Assembly: GCA_965112735.1 (NCBI GenBank)
Contig: OZ218950.1
Location: forward strand, 2,604,001-2,668,000
Origin: Phaeosaccion multiseriatum
Lineage: Eukaryota > Protista > Ochrophyta, other classes
DNA length: 64,000 nucleotides
Direction of reading: 5' to 3'
Made by a program: the position numbers and the translations under genes. The notes beneath the pieces were generated by a model, which made no database searches, had not been told where the DNA came from, and saw nothing but the letters and a program-made list of their open reading frames with translations. Below are positions 1 through 9,719 of the stretch, in pieces (positions within the stretch are counted from its first letter, which is position 1; every line of letters begins with the position of its first letter).

Positions 1-117
1 CTCCTTCGCTCCCTCCGTCCGTCCGTCCCTCCCTCCTTCCCTCTCTCCCTCCTTCCCTCTCTCCCTCCCTCCCTCTCTCCCTCCCTCCCTCCTTCCCTCT
101 CTTCCGTCCCTCCCTAC

Positions 118-2215
118 CAGTGGCGAGCATCTCCCCGTCGTCGGAGATGTCCATGGCCATGACGGGGAGCTTGTGTCCGTACAGAGAGAGGAAGAACTTG
201 AGCGAATCGTCAAAGAACACCTTCACAGTGCAGTCCAAGAGGGCCACAGCCAGCAGCAGCTTGGAGCTGGGGAAGGAAGGAAGGAAGGAAGGAGGGGAGG
301 GAGGGAGGGAGGGAGGGAGGGAGGGGGGAGGGGGCAGCAGGGGTGAGGAAAGAAAACGAGTCCTCCTCCCCCCGCCCCGCACACACGCACACACACTTTC
401 ACTCCTTCCTTGCTTGGTATCATTCTGTGTATTCAACTCTCTCACTCACTCACTCACTCACTCGCTCACGCACTTACTCGTTCACTCACCCACCCCCTCA
501 CTCACGCTCTCACGCTCTCACTCTCTCACTCACCCACTCACTCACTCACTCCAATCTCTTAGCCACTCCTTCCCTCCTTCCCTCCCTTTCTCCCTTCCTT
601 CCTTCCTTCCTTCTTTCCTTCCTTCCTTCCTTACCTGTCCTTGTGTCTGCTGTAGCGCACACACAGCACGTCGTCGCTGGTCTTAAGGGTGCGTGTGTGC
701 ACAAGCCCAAGGCCCCCCTGGGTCATCTCGAACTCCCAACACTTGACCTGAGGAGGCATTGAGAGAGAGTGTGTGTGCGAGGGAGAGGGTCAGAGAGAGA
801 TCGGCGGGGGGGGAGACAGAGAGAGAGAGAGGGAGAGGGTCAGAGAGAGAGAGAGAGAGGGAGAGATAGAGAGAGAATGTGTTGAAGAGAGAGAGAGACA
901 GAGAGTGGTGTGTGAGAGAAAGTAGGGGGTGTGGGGGAGGGAGGGAGTGAGTGAGTGAGTGAGGAAGTGAGGGAGAAGGGCGGTCTCACATTATCTTTGC
1001 TTGGAAGAGAGGAGGTGGGTAAGGTGAAAGGAGCAAGACACAAGTCAGACGTATAGCGGCCATCACAAGCATATGAGCCATCACTAGTCGGAGGCATATG
1101 GGGGGTCAGAGGCCCTACCCTACCCTACCCTACCCTACCCTACCCTACCCTACCCTACCCTTCGCTACTCCTGTCCCTACCTGGTTGTCTGCGCCCCCTG
1201 TGGCCATTCCCCTCCCGTCCGGCTTGACGTCGAGGCTCCAAATGGGTCCCTCGTGGGCAGCGTAGTCATGCAGTAGCTCTCCGCTGGACAGCTCCAGCAC
1301 TTGCAAGTTACCCTACACGCACACGGGCACAAGCACACGCACACACGCACACACGCACACATTTGTTCGCATTCATGCACCAAGAGACACACAGAGAGAG
1401 AGTAGAGGGGAGGGTAGGATGGCAGTGGATGGGGAGAGGCGAAGAGAGGAGGGGGGGGGGAGGGCAGAGGCAGGGGCAGGAGCAGTGAGGAGACTTGAGT
1501 TTCCAGAGCACCAATGGTGACATGTTTTTTACCCACAGACATTACCCTGAATACCCCTGGTACATGGCGTGATAAAAGCCCTCAGAAAAGGAGGGAAGAG
1601 AAGGAGGGATAAGAGATGGAGAGAGATATAGACACAGAGAGAGGGGGGGGGTGAGAGAAAGGGAGAAGGAGAGAGAGAGATGAGATGAGATGCAGCACGG
1701 CAGGAGACAAGAGACTTATTCATTCATTCTTTCCCGCGCTCACCGCTCACGACCACTCACCTGCTTGGTGCCAATGAACAGCTGGCGGTCTCCGGGGGCA
1801 AAGCTCAGGCACAGCCCAAAGCCGCATGCCGAAGTGCGTATGCAGTTTCGGGTCTTGGCATTCCACACTATTGCGCAGGGGACGGAGGAGGGGAGATGGG
1901 AGAGGAGGGGAGGGGACAGGGGAGGGAGGAGGGGAGATGGGAGGGGAGGATTCAGGATAGTTCCACATCATCCACTGACGTATTCCTGCTCCTACTACTA
2001 CTCCTACTACTACTACTACTATTACTACCACTACCACTACTACTGCTACTACTACTACTACTACTACTGTTGCAACTACTACTACTACTACTCCTACTCC
2101 TCCTACTACTACTACTACTGCAACTACTACTACTACTACTACTGCAACTACTACTACTACTCCTACTCCTACTACTACTACTACTACTACTACTGTTGCT
2201 ACTATTACTACTACT

Positions 2216-2247
<32 letters not shown>

Positions 2248-4970
2248 ACTACTACTACTACTCCTCCTCCTTTTTCTACTATTACTTAACTACTACCAGC
2301 ACCACCACTACCAAGGCAACGCGCCGCCTCGCACCGCAACCTCACCTTTGACGATCCCATTCCCCACAGAGGCGAGAAGCTGCGAGTCAGAGGAGATTGC
2401 AACAGCTCGGATGTCTCCGCGGTGACCAGGGGTGTCCAGAGTAGACACCTTTTCCACTCTGCTCAGTGAGAGAGGGGAAGGAAGGACGGACGGATGGGCA
2501 CACGCACAGAGAGGGGGGGGGGGGAGGGGGATGAGGAGGAAACCGGTCATTTATTTTTGAAACATGTGGGGCCTGGAAAGCGGGCGCGCGACAGATAGAG
2601 AGAGAGAGAGCAAGAGATATTTACATGTAGAGAGAGAGAAAGGTAGAGAGACAGAGAGAGCGGAGAGAGAGACAGTGAGAGAGCACTGACGTGGCGGTGG
2701 GAGTCTTGCTGGTCTCGCTGGCGGCCTTTCTCTTGCTGCTGCTGCTGCTGCTGCTGTGTGAGGTGGTCTTGAGGCCCCACAGCTCCAGCGAGTTGTTGTG
2801 TAGAGAAAGGAGTATACGTGTGCCGTGCGCATCCCGCGTCAGCTCGGGAGAGAAGTCGAAGGAGCGGATCTGTCAATCATTCGTTGGGGGGGCGGGGGGG
2901 GGGAGGAGATGAGGGGCAGGGGGCATGCTTAGATGTTTAGGCGCTGCGGTGAGGTGTGCCTGTCATTCAAAAAGAAGCACAGTCATCACCAGCCATCTTT
3001 TCTCTTCCTCTCTCCCTTCATCCCTCCCTCGCCCCCTCACCCACCTTATGGTGTGTCCGAAGCACACACGCGGACTCAAGTTCATCTCCCGCAATAACCC
3101 CCTCCCTCCCCTCGCCCCCTTCCTCTGCTCCGGCCGCTGCTCGGGAGTCCCCCCCCCCCTCCCCTCCCTCTCCTCCCTCCGCCTCTTCCCCTCCTTCCTC
3201 CTCCGCCCAGCTCGCCACCGCTCCAAACGACATGCCCCCGTTGGCGTCCCTCTCGCTCTGCAGACGAAGAGCCGCCTCTTGCGCCTTGTTGAGCTTCTCG
3301 GCGTGGCGCTTCAGTCGCCGCTTTCTCTTCTTCTTCACCTGCGGTTTGTTGGTTTGTTGGTTCGTTCCGTGGTTTGAGGTCTATGAAACTGGAACTGACA
3401 CTGACACTGACGCTGGAACTGGAAACGAACAGCTCACCTCTCCTTCTGTGCGGCACCGGAGCACTTCCACGACCTTTCCCGCGCTCTGCACACCGATGTA
3501 GGGCCCCTGTGGCACCAGGGAGAGGGGGGTGGCAGTGGATGGGGAGGGAAGGAGCGAAGGAGGGAAGGACGGAGGGGTGGTGGAGGGAGGGAAGGAGGGA
3601 GAGAGGGAGGAGAGAGAGTGAGTACCTGTCCATCCACCTGCATATCGGCCCATATGCCTGCCTGCTTGCCTGCCTACTTCCTGCCCGCAAGCCTGCCTCC
3701 TTCGCCCCTTCCTTCCACGCACGCACACACGCACCTTCTTGTGAAAGCGAACGCACACAGCGCGATCATTGCTCTGCCGCAGAACCGACCCCATATATGT
3801 GGCCAGCTCCACCTCACTCTCAACCCCCCCTCTCCCTCCCCCTCCTCCTCCCTCTGCTTGGCCTTCACCTTTCTCTCTTCCCCCTCCTTCCTTCCTCTCC
3901 TGCAAGGCCCACACCCTTAGCTGGCTGTCCGAAGCCCCCGTCACCAGTCTCGTGCCCTCGGGGTTGACATCCAAGCTCCACACTTCACTGCGGTGCCCCA
4001 CCAGCGTCTGAACACAGTGCTGTGTGACGAGGTCCCACACCTTGACGAGAGTGTCCTTGCTGCTGCTCACCAAGTACCTCGGTTGCTGCTGCCGCTGCTG
4101 CTGCTGCTGGCCAGTCGCCATCGTCGCCTCCCCGTCTACTACCTCCCCCTCCCCTACGTGTTGGTGACCCACAAAGGCGACATCTGTGACACCGTCGGAG
4201 TGTCCCCGCAGACGAAAGAGCCCCGTCTCGGCAACCACATCCCAGAGGACAACATCTGTGTCCGCCCCGCCAGTGGCCATGAGCCCCCCGTGCGGGGCGT
4301 ACCTACCCGACAGGACAGCACCCTTGTGACCCTTTAGAGACACCTCTGCCTCTTCCGATGCGAGGTTAAAAATCCGGACGATACCTGGCACAGCGTAATG
4401 TGGCGTGAGTGACATGAAATGGTCGAGCCAAGGAGTACGGGGACGGAGGGAGAAAAGAGGAGGGAGGGAGGGTCTTTGGTCAGGCCCAGACGGCACCGAT
4501 TGAAAGAAGGCTATGGGACGGACAAACGCGGCGCTTCTACAGGATAGCTAGCACAAAGACGACTCAGTGCAGAGCGGGGGGTGCGCGTGGAATTGCATTG
4601 GCATGTCTCGAGTGACCACCGTCTGGGCTTGTGCGCCTCTTTCCCGTCCCATCATGGATCCTCCAAAGCATCCGAAGCACCATGCACACCCCAGGCATCA
4701 ATCAGCCTTACCATCCGTGTAGCCCACTGCAACTCTCTTGCCATCGTGGGAGAGTATCAGCCGGGTGACCTCGTCCTCCTCAATCCCCTCCTCCTCGGCG
4801 TGCAGCTGGGCCTCCATCGTCCCCCTCCGCAGATTCCACAGGCCGACATCGTGCAGCGCTGCTGTGATTGCGAGGGACCCCGAGCCGTCGAACAAGGCGT
4901 TGCTACCACTGCTAGCGATCACCCCGAAGCTGTGCTCTTGCTCGTAGCGCAAGTAAGTCTTGCTCGTCAT
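118..4970 (-). CDS. WDR3: WD40-repeat SSU processome subunit WDR3/UTP12/DIP2 (multi-exon; 3' end lies beyond the window start)
   Basis: Starts [22 protein letters not shown]40 repeats include [63 protein letters not shown] and [24 protein letters not shown]. Inferred GT-AG exons: 4970-4712, 4384-3735, 3506-3438, 3338-3045, 2869-~2691, 2458-~2346, 1867-1761, 1312-1181, 747-635, 266-118. Confidence 0.93.
267..634 (-). repeat. WDR3 intron with complementary terminal microsatellites: (GGAA)n/(GGGA)n at the 5' end, (TCCC)n/(TTCC)n at the 3' end, (GTGA)n internally
   Basis: On the + strand, 270-330 is (GGAA)n(GGGA)n, 440-550 is (CTCA)n and 570-632 is (TCCC)/(TTCC)n. Confidence 0.9.
1113..1160. repeat. 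(CCCTA)n / (TAGGG)n pentanucleotide array, about 9-10 copies
   Basis: Near-perfect ccctaccctacccta tract inside a WDR3 intron, about 20 nt from the donor at 1180. Confidence 0.95.
1993..2300. repeat. Long degenerate (CTA)n microsatellite in a WDR3 intron
   Basis: About 300 bp of CTA/CTG/CTC triplets; the source of the spurious poly-Y and poly-L ORFs. Confidence 0.95.
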
Positions 4971-5583
4971 CCTGTGATCCTTTCCCACTTTTTACGCCAT
5001 GCTGGCCGGTCCAGCCTGTGGAGGAAGTTGCCTCAAGTAAGCCTCTTCCTGTAGAGCTTAGCGTCCCCTTCACCAACAGAAAAGAGCAAGGACAGAGGAG
5101 AAGAGGGGCAAGAGGGGATGGAACGAAGAGGGCGAGGGCCAGCCAAGCGATCGCCAAGGAGCGAGGCCACCAAATGGCGACGCATTGCACCACCAAATTT
5201 GCTTACACGCCGTTTGTGAACAAAATAACCAAATAACCCCGTTTTTATTGCTGGTGAAGGTGTGGACGTCAGTGAGGCGAAGGAAGACGACGAGGAGGAG
5301 GTCACGGTGACGCTGGCCGTCAATCGTCAAAGGAGACGAAAATACGGCGAGCAGCAACAATCGGTCTTCCAACTCCCCAAACTCTTCGCAGCCTAAGAAG
5401 GTGTGTTTGTCTTTGATGCGCTCCAGCTCTTTCGCTCTTCTAGCGAAAGGTCTCCTCTCTCTCTCTCTCTCTCTCTCTCTTGCCGCTAAATTTTACTTCG
5501 AGTAGTAATACTTTCAAATAGAGGGGGGAAAGAAAAATGAAAAATCTCAACAACTTCGCCGAGGGTCTCAGGCGCAGTGGGCT

Positions 5584-5665
5584 TTCGATTGGAGCAGGCA
5601 CCCTTGAGGTTTGGGCGCAAACGTGTGATGGATTCGATTGGAGCAGGCGCTAACGTGTGATGGAT
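5584..5665. repeat. Interleaved direct repeats A-B-A-B (A=TTCGATTGGAGCAGGC, B=AACGTGTGATGGAT)
   Basis: A at 5584-5599 and 5633-5648; B at 5620-5633 and 5652-5665. A contains ATTGG (reverse CCAAT box). Confidence 0.85.
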
Positions 5666-5874
5666 GCGGTGCGGAGGGTGGATGCTCAGGCCGCGGCGCT
5701 TTCTCTCTTTTAGAAACGCTTACTGTACCACATTAAAATTAAAACGAAACTAAGGCAAACCCTTCCCTTTCCTATCCGTTCCCCCTACCATTTATCTCTC
5801 TATTCAACAGATTAGCTACCCTTCACGGAGCCTTGACGGAGCCACCTGGGCCCTGGGCCGTCTCCCCCTTAGCT

Positions 5875-7924
5875 CTAGCCACAGACCTTTGTCAGGCGGG
5901 CCACCAGAACAGCCTTGTTGCCCGTCTTGATCTGTCCTCTCATCCCCAGCTGTACCTTCAAATCTACAACTCTCAAAGCACTAATTTGCTCCGCGCTCAG
6001 AGCTGGAAGGTTCACCACCTCCCCCTCCCCGTCGCCCTCTTCCTCAGGGAGGTCCGCCACCTTCCCCTCTTCTTCATCCTCCTCCTCCTCCGGCGCTTCC
6101 TCTCCTGCCTGGAACATATTCTTCTTGTAGTTACGATTGGGGTTCCTGTCCCCTGCAGAGGAAATGTCGACGTCGTTGCCGCTGCGGCGACTGCGCGCCC
6201 ACGTTGCATACTGCTCCACACATGCCTTGTCGATGTAGAGGGTGACGCCGTGGCCTCCCTTGCCATAGCCGCAGCACCGTCCGACAAGGCCCTGCACCAC
6301 GGTGTCGCAGTTGGACTTAGCGGCGGGCGTCTCCACGACCAAGCCCACATGCCTCGTGTTGAAGTTCTTGCCGCACTTGAGCATCCCCTTGATGAGTATA
6401 CAGGTGATGGTGGGAGGCGCTCCCACAGCAAGCAGCAGAGAGAGGCTATCAACAAGGGGGGTATTCCCACCCCCTCCTCCTGCCGGTCCTGCCGGAGAAG
6501 GCGTGGGCTCGGCTACCACGTTCACCCACTTGGGGTGCAAGGCCTTCATGGCACTGTTGTAGGACCCCACCAAGTCCTCGTTCGCATTGTCCCACTCCAA
6601 CACCACCACCCTCCCCTGGGCATTCTTGTGCAGGTAGTCCTTGAAGCGCTTGCGCCAAATGTCCGTCGCCTCGGTGCCCGACGCACGAATAAACGCAAAA
6701 AAGTTCTCTCCCTTCTTCCGAGTCTGATCTGCCTTGATTGCCGCTAGTCTTTGAACAAACTCTGCCATGGTGGCTGTAAAGGCAGCGTCCTCTTGCTCCT
6801 ACAGTGCCTGTAGCGCCTGCCTTTCCTCCTCCGCCTCAGCTGCCGTGTCCTTCTTGTCTCCCTTGCCCTTGTCCTTGCCCTTGCCCTTTCCCTTGGCTTT
6901 TGGCCTCTTGTAAAAGAGCCTCTGACAAAACTCGTCCGTCTTGGTGTCGATCAATGTCGAGGGGGTGTCGAGCATCTGGCACACTCCGTAGTAGCCATCA
7001 GCGGGCTCCATCTGGGCAACAAAGCAGAGCAAAGCAAAGGAGGGAGGGAGACACGACAGTGCCAAGAAGTCAGACACGCCTTCGGCTCACATTCCCTCTC
7101 CCCCCCCCCCCTTTCCAGCTCTACTTTCTCCCAGCACAGGCAGCTTTCTCTCGCCCCCCCCCCCGCCCTCGGTCGTGGCACCCTCCTTCTACACTCACCT
7201 CAACGAAGCCCACGCCCTCAGCATGACTGTGCGCACCCTCGCCCATCTGGGGAAAGGGAGTGGCAGACACAGACAACACGGACACCTCATTCTTCTTCAT
7301 CTCATCGGCGTCAAAGTACGCCGGTGCGCCAATCTCGTCGAAAAACTTGGACATCAAGCCGTTCTGATTGGACCCGTGATGACTCTCATCGTGAAGGATT
7401 AAGGCCTTGCTACTCATCAGCGGGTAGACCTTTTTGAGGTCTGCCTTCTCTGGGGCGTGGAACACACGAGAATCGGCATCAAAGCCGTCGATGGTTCCAA
7501 GGGACTGACGCGTCTGATCCCGGAGGAGGGTGTCAGAAATGGCGTTGATCACAAAGACAGAGTCTTGCTTTAGGCCCAGCTTCCGCTGAAGTACGAGGCA
7601 GTGTGGGTGTGTCTCGTGTGTCAGCAGAAAGGCAAGCTGCCTCATCACCCCCGTCTTTCCGCTCTGCATCTGCGCTACGAGGTGGACCCAGCGGTTCCCT
7701 TCCTCGATAAAAGAGGTGAGTACCTCCTCAGCTGCATGGCACTGGTTGTCGTACACATACTCCGCCGAGCGCCTGGGTTCTTCGAGCGTTGGGAGTAGTG
7801 TGTTTGGAGGTCCGACGTCACCCACACGGATATAGCCCTGTTCGACTGGATCACTACCGCGGGGATAGCCCGGCCAACGCACAAGAGAGAACACACTAGC
7901 CGGCTGGGGAATCGGCTGGGCCAT
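5875..7924 (-). pseudogene. SF2 (DExH) helicase/ATPase-like gene with C-terminal SAP domain; one intron; in-frame TAG at 6799-6801 (pseudogene, split gene or sequence error)
   Basis: Exon 1 (7924-7199) has Walker A AQMQSGKTG, Walker B LILHDESH and motif III SATP. GT-AG intron 7198-7012. Exon 2 (7011-5875) has MEPADGYYG, motif VI-like QGLVGRCCGY and SAP-like LRVVDLKVQLGMRGQIKTGNKAVLVARL. The ORFs ending at 6799 and starting at 6768 are in the same frame. Confidence 0.75.
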
Positions 7925-8362
7925 TCTGTGGCCGTACGAGTCGCTCTTGGTGCCGCTGTCCTTCTGCTCCACGTACAGAGAGAGAGAGTGAGAGAGTAAG
8001 AGACATTTTGCGCGCTGCTTGCTTCCTGCAGGGAGCTTTCGCTTTATTATTGTGTCAGCAGCGCCGAAAATCCGATAATCAAAATCCCGAAGGTGAGAAA
8101 AACCTGTGAGCTGAAACTGAAACTGAACAAATCTCGTTGGCCATTTTGATCCCATTTCGATTTCCGCAAGTCAAGCTTCTCTTCCTCCACCGGCGCCTTC
8201 CCACAGAGGGTGCTCTCTTCTCTGAGGAAGAGACGGAGTGATATATAGCACCGGGGAGGTGTTTCAGAACTGTGGTGCAACGGGTATTTTATTTGCAATA
8301 CATCTGAAAAGTGGAGCAGACCAACAGAGAGAAGGAGGGAGTAGAAGACGTAAGCAATAGTG

Positions 8363-9684
8363 ATGGCGGAGACCATCGCCTTCAAGATCCCCCCCAACCT
8401 GACAGACTTAGAGCTGGGGAAGGCCGACCGACTCTGTGTGCAAGACAACGTAGACCTCCGGGAGGAGAGGGATGCTTCGGCTCTGCACGACCGTTTGGAT
8501 GGGTTGAGGGAGAGAGTGCTCGGCGGAGGCGGTGATGGAGAGGAGGATGGGAATGGCGATCACGAGGGTGTGACTTCTATCGCTAACCAGGAGAACTTCG
8601 ATCTGATGTACTGCTTCGTGAGGTGAGTGCTTCCCGGCCTGCCACTTCAAAATTTCACAGGATGGGATGTGAGGAGGTGCGGAAAGAGAGCAGCAAATGC
8701 AGCACATAGGGGGACAGGGGGGAAATTTATGAAAATGAGCTTGCGACGTTTGCCTGCACTCTACGTGCCGCTTCCCTCCTCACTCGCCCCCCCCCCACCC
8801 TCCTGCCTACCCTAACGAAACAGGGACTTTCGACATGTGCCGGGTTCCGTCCAGAAGGGGGTCCTTGACACGCTCGAATGCGTGGTGGAGGGTCTCGTTC
8901 AGCACATTGAGCCCTCGCCCTTATCCCAGCAGGCGCGGCGCAGGGCCAGGGGAAAGAGAAGGGCGGAAGACTGGGCGTCTGTGGGCATGAAGCTGGAAGG
9001 CCGGGACACTGCAGCAGAGGACAATGGGCAGGGGCAGGGACAGGGGCAGTTTCCCCTGCAGGTAAAGAACGCCTTCCAGATTGCGGTATTCTTTCTGTTT
9101 ACGGTCACCATGAAGGCCGAGGCCGTCTTCGCAAACACCAAGGAGAATGAGAGTTTGGAGCGACAAGCCAACGGGAGAGGGGCAGGGGCGAGGGGCGGCA
9201 AGAAGAAGGGCGCCACGGGCGGGGGTGCTGCAGCAGGAGCGGCGGCAGTAAGAGAGCTCCAGTGGGAGACCGCGAGAGAGACAGCGCTATCCATATTGGT
9301 GGAGGCCCTTCGCTGCGACCGCTCCCGCTTGTGGCACTTGGGTATCCCCGCTGAGGACTTTGTCAATCTCTTCCTCCGCGTGGGCTACAGCGTGCTCGAG
9401 CTGCCGCACACCATGCTTGCAGGCAGCAAACCCGTCAAGCTGCTGGCCTTCCAGCTCGTGGCGCTGTCTTTTCAGGCCTCGCAGAGCGTGACTGCAGGGG
9501 TTAGTGCTCGCATCTTACAAATGGTCAACGCACACGACCATCTGCCCCCTGCCATGGCGGAGCTGTGCAGAGGGCTTGCAAAGGGGCAACACAGGGACTC
9601 CCGCCTTGCCGCCGATCTGCTGAGGGAGCTCGGTAGGATGGACCTCAACCACGTTGATGCAGGTGCGTGCGTGGAGACGAGAAT

Positions 9685-9719
<35 letters not shown>

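Noticed and set aside
705-725. Apparent frameshift in a WDR3 exon
   Set aside because: Recounting the C run (six C) keeps the frame: [16 protein letters not shown].
1690-2351. Poly-Tyr and poly-Leu ORFs
   Set aside because: Translations of the intronic (CTA)n microsatellite, antisense to WDR3.
5833-6747. 304-aa + strand ORF
   Set aside because: Antisense shadow of the helicase exon 2; no recognisable motifs.
6799-6801. TAG reassigned to Gln (alternative genetic code)
   Set aside because: DRG1 terminates at TAG TAG TAG at the expected C-terminus, and multi-kb exons in the other genes contain no in-frame TAG.
7925-8155. N-terminal extension of the helicase ORF (MGSKWPTRF...)
   Set aside because: AT-richer, CT-repeat-containing sequence typical of a UTR or promoter; ATG 7924 is preferred, though the start is not proven.
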